A DNA stretch of 40,919 nucleotides from a bacterium (GTDB lineage: Bacteria > SZUA-182 > DTGQ01), in assembly GCA_040752695.1 (NCBI GenBank), contig JBFMGO010000001.1, positions 103,434 through 144,352 on the forward strand. Reading direction: 5' to 3'. The notes under the pieces were generated by a model. That model saw only the letters and a program-made list of their open reading frames with translations, ran no database searches and had not been told where the DNA came from. Within the stretch, counting starts at the first letter, position 1. Each line of letters opens with the position of its first letter. Of the stretch, positions 18,380-27,930 are shown piece by piece. A program made the translations under genes and the position numbers.

Positions 18380-19337
18380 ACCCTCTTTAGGGAAATGGGG
18401 CGTCATTACAGGCGTAGCAGTGGCGCTTTTGCCGGATGTCGATTTTTTGCTGAAATTTGTCAATAAGCAGCTCTATATCAAGTACCACCGGAGCTTCGCC
18501 AATTCGGTTTTTTTCATCATTCCTTTGTCTCTCTTCTGGGGAGGGATGTTCAACTGGTTTTCCGGCCTCCATAATTTCCCGGCCTTTTTTACATTAGCCT
18601 TTACGGTGCTGTGCAGCCACGTCTTTTTCGACATTCTGAATCCGTTCGGGACCATGATCTTTGCGCCCTTTTCAAATTACCGCTTCTCGCTCGATCTGGT
18701 TTACATTATTGACCTTGTTTTCACCAGCCTGCTTCTTTTTCCCTTGATCGCATCCTTTATCTGGCCGGATTACTCCAGGCTCATCTGCCTGGCTTCTTTA
18801 GCCTGCGTTTTTTTGTATATCGGCTTTCGCTTTCTCAATCATACCCGCGCCCGGCGGCAAAACCAGCACTATATCGAGACTAATCAGCTAAGCGCAGCAA
18901 ACTTTGCTTCACTGCCCACCCATCTTTCCCCTTTCCGGTGGCATAATCTGATCGAGACCGATCAGTATATCTACAAGAGCGGAGTCAATACCTCAAACCG
19001 GAGCAGCCATGGAGATTATAAGATCCTGCCAAAGATCAGCTATCAGGCACCCGGCATAAATTCGGCCTGGATTCAAAAGGCTCTGGATCTTCCCGAGGTA
19101 AAGACCTACCTGTGGTTTGCCCGGTTTCCGGTCCTGAAGTACCACGGCTTCGTTCAGAATACCCACCGCCTCGCTTTTTACGATTACCGTTTCGAAGGCT
19201 TTAAAGGCAAACTTCCCTTTGTCTACGTCGTTGACTTTTTTCCTGATGGAAATTTAAGTTCCCACTACTTTCACCGTAACTGGGACCTTCGAACACTGGC
19301 CAGAGATCTGAAAAAGCCGAGCGTACAGGAGTATTAG
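18324..19337 (+). CDS. Membrane-bound metal-dependent hydrolase (YdjM/DUF457-like)
   Basis: MDAFTHSLAG, LPDVD, HRSFANS, SHVFFDILNPFGT, YLWFARFP; start overlaps the end of hflX. Confidence 0.85.
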   Translation: MDAFTHSLAGVVIARAAFEPSLGKWGVITGVAVALLPDVDFLLKFVNKQLYIKYHRSFANSVFFIIPLSLFWGGMFNWFSGLHNFPAFFTLAFTVLCSHVFFDILNPFGTMIFAPFSNYRFSLDLVYIIDLVFTSLLLFPLIASFIWPDYSRLICLASLACVFLYIGFRFLNHTRARRQNQHYIETNQLSAANFASLPTHLSPFRWHNLIETDQYIYKSGVNTSNRSSHGDYKILPKISYQAPGINSAWIQKALDLPEVKTYLWFARFPVLKYHGFVQNTHRLAFYDYRFEGFKGKLPFVYVVDFFPDGNLSSHYFHRNWDLRTLARDLKKPSVQEY

Positions 19338-19391
19338 GGGATTTTCAGAAGCTGTCACCCTTAATTCCCTTTCTCTTAAATGAGGAAAAAC

Positions 19392-21521
19392 CTACACGCC
19401 ACTCTCCCCCCCGGCAGCCAGGAGAATGGCCTTGTCCTCAGTATAGGTGTGCATATCGATGGCTTTGATCTTGCCTTCGGATATGGTGTAGAAATAGTCG
19501 CCGATATAAATGATTCTTCTGATATCGTTTTCCCCGCCGAAGAAGTAGCCTGCTTTTTCCACTGCCTGATCGGAATCGTCATAGTGGGTTATGGCCGCTT
19601 TTTGTTCAAACCCGCTGGTCAGGTCAAGGTTATAGAAATACGCGCCCTGGAAGATGTATTCATAATCGAGGTATGGACTGGCCGGATTTGCGATCTTGCG
19701 GGTAGCGGTGGCAGGGAAGGCCATGAGGTTTTTCTCTTTGCTGAACAAAAGGGCCTTGTGATCCCTCAAAAGTTCCGAGTCTGTGTTCCGGTAGCCTATG
19801 ATTTCCTTGTGAAGCAGTGCTGGATGCTCGACGTCGGTGACATCGAACAGGGAAATTTGTATGCCTAAGAGGGCAGTGGAAGGCAGAGGGGTAGTGGCCT
19901 TGGCAGGATCGAAGCTGACATCGACATCGCGGCCAAAGCCGATCAGATGGTTCTCATCGTACGGGTGGAGGTATTCGCTGTATCCCGGGACCTTCAGTTG
20001 CCCGAGAATCTTGGGCTTTGCGGGATCGGTGAGAGAGATTACAAACAAAGGGTCAACCTGGAGAAAGGTCACCAGGTAGGCCTTGTCCCCCATGAATCTG
20101 ACCGATTTGATGTTCTCGCCCGGAGCGATCCCCTCGATGCTTCCAACCTGGCTCATGTTCTTATCCAGGACATAGAGATTACTGCTGGACAGATTTTGCT
20201 CATCCCGGACATTCCCCCTGCTGGTGGTAGCGATCCTGAAATAGGCGCTCTTCTCATCCATGGCGAATTGGTTGATAATCGTTCCCGGCACTGTGGCCTG
20301 GCCTGAATAGCTGATCTTATCATGATCATTGAGGCTGAACCGATATACCAGGGTAACGGGCCCCGGAACAGAGCCCTCTTGTATCATTGCAGCCGTATAG
20401 CTGCTCTGGGCGATATAGAGATTTTCAGGAGAGGCATAGAGATTTTGCCCTGCTCCCAGAATGATTTCCCCGCCGATCTCCTTCGTCGGGTCATTGATCG
20501 GAATGGCAATTACCATGAGATAAGAGGAGTCGCTGGAGGCAGGGACATAGGACACCTCATCACAGTCACAGACTGGCTCCTCTTTGACCGATCGGGTGGA
20601 ATCGGTGTAGGCGGGAATCATCGCCTGCGGAGTATTTTCGGTTATAGGATAGTGAGGGTACTGGTTCATGATCAGGTAAAGGGTATCGTCCACTCTTCTC
20701 GATTGCAGGTAATCGGCCTCGAAGGTGAGATTTCGCACTTCCCTGACCCTGGTCCGCTCAGTGATGTCGTAAATGATCACCCTGGTCGCGGAGGAGTAAT
20801 AGTAGGGGTAGATGAGGGTCTTCGACGGCCCTGTAAAGGGTCCCGATAGTCTTGGATTTGCGATCACCGTATCTTCTGTGTCATCCTGGCGATATTCATG
20901 GCCGATGACGATCAGCTTGTTCCCATCGACATATAAGTAATCGGGTGTGAATGAAGAGTCCGAAAAATCGATCATGGGAAGCTCCGAAAGCCCGGTCGCA
21001 GGCCAGACCCTGACAATTCTGACGCTCTGGCCTTTTACCAGGTAGATATACGATCCGTCATTTTTGATCCGGTCCGCTTCATCAACTCCGGCTACCTGAA
21101 CATTGGTGTTTGAGTGACCGTCCGCATCGTTTTTTTCATTGTCGGTGGGGAGCCGGGCTCCGAAAACGTCACCGAAGGTTTTGTATACAGGAGGTGTGGT
21201 CATCTGGTTCAATTTTACTCTCAGTGCCCTGCAACCGGAAAATCTGGGTAATGAGCCGGGTCTAAAGCCGTTCATCCTGCCTGGGACGAATGGACGTGCC
21301 GGAATCAATGATCTTCCTGTTCTGGACACCCGCATGTCCTGAAGGCGGTTTCTGGCCTGAGAAGGCGGGGTGAAGAAAGAGGAAAAATGCAGGGCATCTT
21401 CGGAGAGACTGCCAAAGGTGTCAAATAATATCTCATTTTGTTGGGCTCTTGCCTGAGCCTGCAAGAGCAGACTGCCTGCTGACAGCAGGACGACCACTGA
21501 TACCAGGACAAGCCTTTTCAT
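19392..21521 (-). CDS. Secreted beta-propeller domain protein (Beta_propel-type)
   Basis: Signal peptide; TNVQVAGVDEADRIKNDG, NQFAMDE, FRIATT, APGENIKSVRFMGDKAYLVTFLQVDPLFVISL, LKVPGYSEYLHP. Confidence 0.88.
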   Translation of the reverse strand: MKRLVLVSVVVLLSAGSLLLQAQARAQQNEILFDTFGSLSEDALHFSSFFTPPSQARNRLQDMRVSRTGRSLIPARPFVPGRMNGFRPGSLPRFSGCRALRVKLNQMTTPPVYKTFGDVFGARLPTDNEKNDADGHSNTNVQVAGVDEADRIKNDGSYIYLVKGQSVRIVRVWPATGLSELPMIDFSDSSFTPDYLYVDGNKLIVIGHEYRQDDTEDTVIANPRLSGPFTGPSKTLIYPYYYSSATRVIIYDITERTRVREVRNLTFEADYLQSRRVDDTLYLIMNQYPHYPITENTPQAMIPAYTDSTRSVKEEPVCDCDEVSYVPASSDSSYLMVIAIPINDPTKEIGGEIILGAGQNLYASPENLYIAQSSYTAAMIQEGSVPGPVTLVYRFSLNDHDKISYSGQATVPGTIINQFAMDEKSAYFRIATTSRGNVRDEQNLSSSNLYVLDKNMSQVGSIEGIAPGENIKSVRFMGDKAYLVTFLQVDPLFVISLTDPAKPKILGQLKVPGYSEYLHPYDENHLIGFGRDVDVSFDPAKATTPLPSTALLGIQISLFDVTDVEHPALLHKEIIGYRNTDSELLRDHKALLFSKEKNLMAFPATATRKIANPASPYLDYEYIFQGAYFYNLDLTSGFEQKAAITHYDDSDQAVEKAGYFFGGENDIRRIIYIGDYFYTISEGKIKAIDMHTYTEDKAILLAAGGESGV

Positions 21522-21828
21522 TTTATCCCCCTTTAAAATATGGTGAGCATGATAGAATAGCTGCTGCGTTCCTTAATATAAGGTATATCGGCATTTATCG
21601 AATAAAATACCATTTCGTTTTAAGAAGCACATTGGTCGGGGACAAAGATGGTCATATGATCAGGGTATGAGACCACCGTACAACCCGTTTGCAATTTAGG
21701 AGAGCTTGGGATAAAATCCGCTAAAATCCAAAAAAGATCCGTGCACGGGTACATTGAAGCCTTGGCTGAAGTGGATGAAAGTGAATGAAACTGAATGAAA
21801 GTGAATGGAACGAAGGGGGAGAAACTTC

Positions 21829-24108
21829 ATGGAGAATGGGCCGGTCAGACAATTCCTGGAAAAGAGCAGACTTGTTCAAGGTGTGTATGAACGATTTCAC
21901 AGACATCGGAAGATTCCGGCAGCAGGGGAGAAAGATGAGCAAAAAGGTTTTGGCACTTTCAAGGGCGTCTACCTTCCCAGCATTCTCACTATTTTCGGTG
22001 TCATCATGTACCTGCGGCTGGGATGGGTGGTCGGCAACGTCGGTCTGTTCCTGACGCTGGTGATTGTCACTATGGCTTCTGCCATTACCTTTTTGACCGG
22101 TCTTTCGATTTCGGCTACGGCCACCAACATGAAGGTAAAAGGCGGGGGGGCCTACTTCATGATCTCCCGGTCCCTGGGGGTCGAGGCGGGTGCTGCGGTC
22201 GGTCTGCCTTTGTATCTTGCTCAGGCGGTGGGGATTTCATTTTATATTGTCGGCTTTGCCGAATCGGTACATAATCTTTTGCCCTGGATTCCCCTGCCCG
22301 TGATCGGAGTAGCGAGCCTTTTGGCCCTGACCGTTCTGGCCTATATCTCGGCTGATCTGGCCCTCAGGATTCAGCTCATTATTTTTATCATGATTACCAG
22401 TTCGCTCGTTTCTCTTTTCCTGGGGGGGCCGCCAGCGGGCGCGGTACAGACAGCCCCTGTTACCCTGGCTTCACGGGCCCCTTTTTGGGTTGTGTTTGCT
22501 GTTTTTTTTCCTGCGGTTACGGGAATCGAAGCAGGAATTTCCATGTCGGGTGATTTAAAAGACCCGTCCAGGTCACTGCCCCTGGGAACACTTGCCGCCG
22601 TCTTGACGGGATATGTCGTTTATATGGTCATCCCTGTGTTTTTATCCTCGGTTGTTTCCGGGGAGGCTCTTCGTTCCAATCCCCTGATTATGAAGGACGT
22701 TGCCCTGGTGGGAGGATTGATTTTAGTCGGCATCTGGGGAGCGACCCTGTCGAGCGCTCTTGGCGCTCTTTTGGGAGCGCCGAGGACTTTGCAGGCGCTG
22801 GCCAGGGACCGTGTCGTACCCCGTTTTTTGGGCAAAGGATTCGGCCCTCTGGATACACCCCGGATTGCGACTGCTGTTTCTTTTTGCGTCGCCCTTTTCG
22901 GTATCCTCATGGGAGATTTAAATGCCATAGCGCCGGTTCTTTCCATGTTCTTTCTCACCTCCTACGGAGTTTTGAATCTGATTGCCGGCCTTGAAGGGCT
23001 GATCGCCAATCCCTCATGGCGGCCTACCTTCAGGACTCCATGGCCGCTTTCTCTTCTTGGCGCAGCCCTTTGTGTGGCGGCCATGTTTATGATCGATCCC
23101 GGATCGACCTTTATGGCTGCATTCGTTATTGCGGTTATCTATTACCTGATGACCAGAAGAGAACTGCGGCCAAGCTGGCCCGACATACGCCGCAGCATTT
23201 TCATGTCCATGGCCAGGTATTCGATTTATCGCCTCGAAGATTCCGAAGTCGATACCCGATCGTGGCGTCCCAATATCCTGGTACTCAGCGGATCTCCCAC
23301 GCAAAGGTTTTACCTGATCCATCTGGCGGATGCCCTTACACACGGCAAGGGCTTTCTGACCGTGGCTTCGATCATTCCATCTGGTGCGGATGGCCGGACA
23401 GAGAACCTGAAAAGATCGGTAAAGGAGTTTTTAAGGAAGCGCAACATACCCGCTCTGGTCGAGATAAACCTGGCCGATACCGTCATGGAAGGAGCCAGGG
23501 AACTGGTGAGAACCTATGGATTAGGGCCGCTGGCTCCCAATACTTTTTTATTGGGTGAGATAAAAAGAAAAGAAAGTTTCGTTCAGTTTGTCGAGCTTGT
23601 GCAGCAGGTTCATCAATCCAAACGAAATATGGTCATCGTACGTGAAGGGCAGGCGAGAGGGGATCACCGGAGAAGGAAAAAAATCTATGTCTGGTGGGGA
23701 GGCGCACGAAAGAACGCAGGGCTCATGCTGGCCCTTGGGCATGTCCTTCAGACGAGCCCTGAATGGAAAAGATCCAGACTGGTACTGAAAACTCTTGTCA
23801 AGACCGAGGAAGACCGTGAGAAAGCTCAAAAGCAGCTCGAAAAATTTCTGATGGAGGGCAGGTTGAATGCCGAGCCGGAGGTTATTCTCATGGAAAACCG
23901 GGAGGAAGATATCATCGCAACCACCATCAGGCGCTTTACTCAGGATGCTGACCTGGTGTTTCTCGGTATGAGACCGCCGGCATATCAGGAATCACCCGAA
24001 GAATATGCCTCTTACTATGAAGGGCTTATGAAGCGTACGGAAAATTTTCCTCCCACAGCCATCGTTCTGGCCGCAGAGGAAATCAAGTTCAGCGATATTT
24101 TTCGATGA
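21829..24108 (+). CDS. Cation-chloride cotransporter-like amino acid permease (bacterial SLC12 homolog)
   Basis: FGTFKGVYLPSILTIFGVIMYLRLGWVVG, GGGAYFMISRSLG, FFPAVTGI, WRPNIL and a cytoplasmic C-terminal domain. RBS GGGGAG before ATG 21829. Confidence 0.88.
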   Translation: MENGPVRQFLEKSRLVQGVYERFHRHRKIPAAGEKDEQKGFGTFKGVYLPSILTIFGVIMYLRLGWVVGNVGLFLTLVIVTMASAITFLTGLSISATATNMKVKGGGAYFMISRSLGVEAGAAVGLPLYLAQAVGISFYIVGFAESVHNLLPWIPLPVIGVASLLALTVLAYISADLALRIQLIIFIMITSSLVSLFLGGPPAGAVQTAPVTLASRAPFWVVFAVFFPAVTGIEAGISMSGDLKDPSRSLPLGTLAAVLTGYVVYMVIPVFLSSVVSGEALRSNPLIMKDVALVGGLILVGIWGATLSSALGALLGAPRTLQALARDRVVPRFLGKGFGPLDTPRIATAVSFCVALFGILMGDLNAIAPVLSMFFLTSYGVLNLIAGLEGLIANPSWRPTFRTPWPLSLLGAALCVAAMFMIDPGSTFMAAFVIAVIYYLMTRRELRPSWPDIRRSIFMSMARYSIYRLEDSEVDTRSWRPNILVLSGSPTQRFYLIHLADALTHGKGFLTVASIIPSGADGRTENLKRSVKEFLRKRNIPALVEINLADTVMEGARELVRTYGLGPLAPNTFLLGEIKRKESFVQFVELVQQVHQSKRNMVIVREGQARGDHRRRKKIYVWWGGARKNAGLMLALGHVLQTSPEWKRSRLVLKTLVKTEEDREKAQKQLEKFLMEGRLNAEPEVILMENREEDIIATTIRRFTQDADLVFLGMRPPAYQESPEEYASYYEGLMKRTENFPPTAIVLAAEEIKFSDIFR

Positions 24109-24244
24109 ATTCTCCCTTATGTCATCCTTAATCCCTCATCCCTAACCCTTAAACAGCAAAAAGGAGCACACGGTAAGGAATGAAAACCGGACACATGGCA
24201 TTAGCAGTTACACTCTTCATCAGCGTTGCAAAGGGAGATCGCCG

Positions 24245-26461
24245 ATGAGCGAAGGTCGTTCCATGGGTCTTTTGGAAGCGACCGGTGTCGGAGTCGGAGC
24301 GATCGTTGGGGGCGGTATCCTGGCCCTGGCCGGGGTAGCGTATAAAACGACCGGGCCGAGTGCCATTCTGGCCTTTGCGCTGAATGGCCTTATCGCTGTC
24401 CTGACAGCATTCAGCTTTGCCGAGATGTCTTGTGCCTTTCCCGAATCAGGGGGGACCTACACCTTCGCCAAGAAGGTTTTGTCCGTTGAGGCTGCCTTTA
24501 TGGTCGGATGGGTGGTCTGGTTCGCCTCGATCGTCGCCTGTGTCTTGTACGCCATAGGCTTTGCTTCTTATGGTGTTATCGTGTTCGAACGTCTATGGCG
24601 GGCGGTTTTGGGGACAGCACCGAACTGGCTCATAGGCCGGCCTATGACCGTTACCCTCGCTATCGGAGCCACCACCCTCTACACGGTCAGTTTGATCCGA
24701 AAAAGCACAGGCCAGGGACAATGGCCGACGATCGGCAAGGTGATCGTGTTTGCCATCCTTATTGCAAGCGGTTTTTGGGCGCTCTGCGGCCGATCCGCAG
24801 GCTCCGTGGCCGCAGGCCTCAGCCCCTTTTTCGCAGGCGGGGCCATGGGGCTGTTCCAAGCCATGGGCTACACGTTCATCGCACTGCAGGGGTTTGACCT
24901 CATTGCGGCAGTTGCCGGAGAGGTGCGGGATCCGGGCCGCACGATACCCAGGGCAATGTTTTTATCTTTGGTCCTGGCCCTTGCCATCTACCTTCCGCTC
25001 CTGTTTGTCGTGGCCACTGTGGGTGTCGAGCCGGGCCACTCCATTACCGTGGCCTGCGCCGGGCATCCCGAGATTATCATAGCCGTGGCTGCCCAGAGGT
25101 ATATGGGGCCGATTGGCTACTGGCTTGTTATGGTGGCAGCCATCCTCTCCATGCTCTCGGCTCTTCATGCCAATATCTTCGCGGCATCGAGGGTAGCCCT
25201 GGCTATGGCGGGGGACCGGACCCTTCCACCCCTGATCGGGATTGTCAGTGAACGGCGGGGTACGCCGCTCGCTGCCATTCTGGCTAGTGCTGTCGCTGTC
25301 ACGGTTATTCTTCTCATGGTGCCCGATGTAGCTGCGGCTGGTGCCGCTTCGAGTCTCATCTTTCTTTTATCTTTCGCCCTGGTGCACTGGATGAGCATTC
25401 TGGCCCGCAGGCGCGGCTGTGAGCATCGGGTGACCTTTCGAGTGCCGTGGTTCCCGGTCATTCAGGTCACCGGGGCTTTTGCCTGTGCAGTGCTCGCCAT
25501 TTTTCAGGGCATGGCCGTGCCATCAGCCAGATCTATTATTCTTGTCTGGCTGTGTCTGGGAGGAATTCTTTTCCTGACCCTCTTCAGCAGCCGGGCCAGA
25601 GTGGCCGATGCTCTGGCCGAGGCGCAGGACCCCACGCTGGTGCAGCTTCGAGGCCGAAGTCCTCTTATCCTCGTTCCCATTGCCAACCCTGCCAATGCAC
25701 AAGCCATGGTGGCCGTGGCCAATGCCCTGGCCCCATCCGAGGCAGGGCGCGTCCTTTTGCTTTCCGTGGTGAATGCACCGGATGTCTGGAAGCAGGGAGA
25801 GTATCCACAGCAGTTGCTTGACGCTCAGGCAGTGCTGCGCGAATCGCTTGCCGCCTCTTTTGCTGCCGGTCTGTTCCCTGAGGCACTGACGACGATTGCA
25901 CCGCAACCCTGGCCGGAGATCAGCCGGGTCTCCCGGACCTATCATTGCGAGAGCCTGCTTTTGGGATTCAGTAATCTCACGGAACACACGGTGGAAATAC
26001 ATCTTGAAGAAATCATCAGTACCGTTGACTGCGATGTAGTGGTTCTTCGCGCCTCCGGGGGGTGGCTGCTTTCGGATGTACAGCGGGTCCTCGTTCCGGT
26101 CGGCGGTCGCAACGAGCATAATGAGCTTCGGGCACGTCTTTTAGGCAGCCTCTGCCGGAGCCGTGACCTTGAGGTCACTTTTCTGCGTATTTTACCAAAG
26201 CACGAATCACGAAAAGTCCGCAAGAAGGCATGGAGGGATCTGACCAGACTCGCTCAGGACGAAACTCCCGGCTACCCTCATGTCAAGGTAATTCACAGCA
26301 GCACAGTCGCCGAGGAAGTCGCACGGCACGCACGTGAAAACGATCTGATTATCCTCGGCCTTCAGCGCATCAACCGGCGACATAAGGTGTTCGGGCATAT
26401 TCCCCTCAGCATTGCGGCCTCTACGACCTGCCCGATTATCATGATCAGCAGGCGAGGCTGA
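24245..26461 (+). CDS. APC-family amino acid permease fused to tandem USP-like domains
   Basis: GVGAIVGGGI, FPESGGTY, GFDLIAAVAGEVRDPGRTIP; C-terminal ILVPIANP...VLVPVGG...DLIILG USP pattern. Confidence 0.88.
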   Translation: MSEGRSMGLLEATGVGVGAIVGGGILALAGVAYKTTGPSAILAFALNGLIAVLTAFSFAEMSCAFPESGGTYTFAKKVLSVEAAFMVGWVVWFASIVACVLYAIGFASYGVIVFERLWRAVLGTAPNWLIGRPMTVTLAIGATTLYTVSLIRKSTGQGQWPTIGKVIVFAILIASGFWALCGRSAGSVAAGLSPFFAGGAMGLFQAMGYTFIALQGFDLIAAVAGEVRDPGRTIPRAMFLSLVLALAIYLPLLFVVATVGVEPGHSITVACAGHPEIIIAVAAQRYMGPIGYWLVMVAAILSMLSALHANIFAASRVALAMAGDRTLPPLIGIVSERRGTPLAAILASAVAVTVILLMVPDVAAAGAASSLIFLLSFALVHWMSILARRRGCEHRVTFRVPWFPVIQVTGAFACAVLAIFQGMAVPSARSIILVWLCLGGILFLTLFSSRARVADALAEAQDPTLVQLRGRSPLILVPIANPANAQAMVAVANALAPSEAGRVLLLSVVNAPDVWKQGEYPQQLLDAQAVLRESLAASFAAGLFPEALTTIAPQPWPEISRVSRTYHCESLLLGFSNLTEHTVEIHLEEIISTVDCDVVVLRASGGWLLSDVQRVLVPVGGRNEHNELRARLLGSLCRSRDLEVTFLRILPKHESRKVRKKAWRDLTRLAQDETPGYPHVKVIHSSTVAEEVARHARENDLIILGLQRINRRHKVFGHIPLSIAASTTCPIIMISRRG

Positions 26462-26667
26462 TGATCTCCAGGCGGGGCTGATGAATCCCCCCGTGAAAAA
26501 CGCGACTGCTCTTAAAAAGGCCAGCCTTTCATATTTCCAATGTACCTTGAAAAATTTTGCATGTAGCCTGCAACAAAATGCATATAAAGGATGTATTTTA
26601 AGATAACTATAATCACGTAAACGATATATAGTGCTGCAAAATACGTATTTCAATTGACATCAGGGGT

Positions 26668-26683
26668 TGGTATATGATTTGCA
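26668..26683 (+). promoter_or_regulatory. Candidate sigma-54 promoter for 27214-27696
   Basis: TGGTATATGATTTGCA (GG-N10-GC). Confidence 0.5.
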
Positions 26684-27213
26684 TGCTTTTTATAAGAGTC
26701 AATTCGTATTCATTGAGTACCAAAAGGGCTTCGAGATATCCTCTTTTTGGTGAACCGGTTAGAAAAAAATGAGAACGAGCAGTAACTAACAGCAACATAA
26801 TCCCGTCTTTAATAAATGGATTATTTCAGATAACAGTATACAGCAAAACTGATCCGGCTTCCGTCGATTTTTCCGGCACTTCAAGCACCTCTTACCCTGA
26901 CCATACTGAGAGTAAGGAACAATATTTTTTGTACAACCTTAGATGAAAACTTTTTTATCCACTTCATTATCATATCTATCACACGTATCATGCTATGAGC
27001 ACTTAGTATCATGCCACCGGGGAAGCACGAGAAAAGGGGCGTGGTAATTATCTTAAGCAGGGGAGGTGAAGATTTTTTATTCAAAATTAACGTTTTAATG
27101 ATATTTATTTTTTCTCTGTAGGCTTTTAAATGTTTGATTAAATTTTTGTTTCAGTAACTTTTTATTGATCTCTAACTATGGATGGTATTATTTTAGGTTT
27201 AAGGGAGTTTAAC

Positions 27214-27696
27214 ATGAATTCAATGAAAAAAAATTGCCTCGTTTTTAGTCTGTTCGTTTTACTGTTCGTTGCTTTTACCACCGCAGCCAGTGCTCAGTAT
27301 CTCTTTCCCCCAATCGTTCCCTTCTACGGATATGGAGCCGGTTTTGGGTATTTTCCGCCAGTTCCTCCTGTTCCTTACGCAAATCCAGGTACGCCCTATC
27401 GCGGCGCTCACGCTCTGCTCACTACCCTGACTCTTTTAGGATTGTTGCCTACGACCACAACCACCAGCACACTTTTGCCGACTACGTCGCTTTTGCCAAC
27501 TACGACTACAACCACTATCGGAACCACCACTGCTTTGCTTTTAGGGGGATCTTCCACAACTTCCCTGCTCCTGGCATCTACCCTGACGCCTACTACCACT
27601 ACGCTTCCTACGACAACATCTACCATCGGGACCACAACGGCGCTCCTCCTGGGAGGAACATCCACTACTACACTGCTGGCCCTTGGACTCATTTAA
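27214..27696 (+). CDS. Secreted Thr/Leu-rich low-complexity protein
   Basis: RBS GGGAG before ATG 27214, signal peptide ending ASA|Q, RGAH motif, duplicated TIGTTTALLLGG, ends LLALGLI; strong terminator follows. Confidence 0.8.
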   Translation: MNSMKKNCLVFSLFVLLFVAFTTAASAQYLFPPIVPFYGYGAGFGYFPPVPPVPYANPGTPYRGAHALLTTLTLLGLLPTTTTTSTLLPTTSLLPTTTTTTIGTTTALLLGGSSTTSLLLASTLTPTTTTLPTTTSTIGTTTALLLGGTSTTTLLALGLI

Positions 27697-27729
27697 GCTT
27701 ATAAAATAAAATACAGCTTATATTCATCG

Positions 27730-27778
27730 TTCGCCTTTTTCGGGGTCCGGTTGAAAGGCCCCGAAAAAGGCGAATTTT
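27730..27778 (+). terminator. Intrinsic terminator
   Basis: TTCGCCTTTTTCGGGG...CCCCGAAAAAGGCGAA followed by TTTT. Confidence 0.8.
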
Positions 27779-27930
27779 ATTTTCCAAACCATCATCAGCC
27801 AGCCCTTGAGCCGATCAGAAAAGAAAGGCAAAGGAATCTCTTTGCTTGATTTCCTCTGCCGTCAATATACAAAATCGAATGAAAAAATCTCCGGATAAAA
27901 AAACCACATAAAGAAAGGGATACGTGAACT

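Noticed and set aside
19380..20849. Several plus-strand ORFs of 119-175 aa
   Set aside because: Antisense shadows of the beta-propeller gene with no motifs.
21775..21810. Three copies of a 10-nt TGAATGAAAG-like unit
   Set aside because: Short simple repeat upstream of an RBS; no evidence of function.
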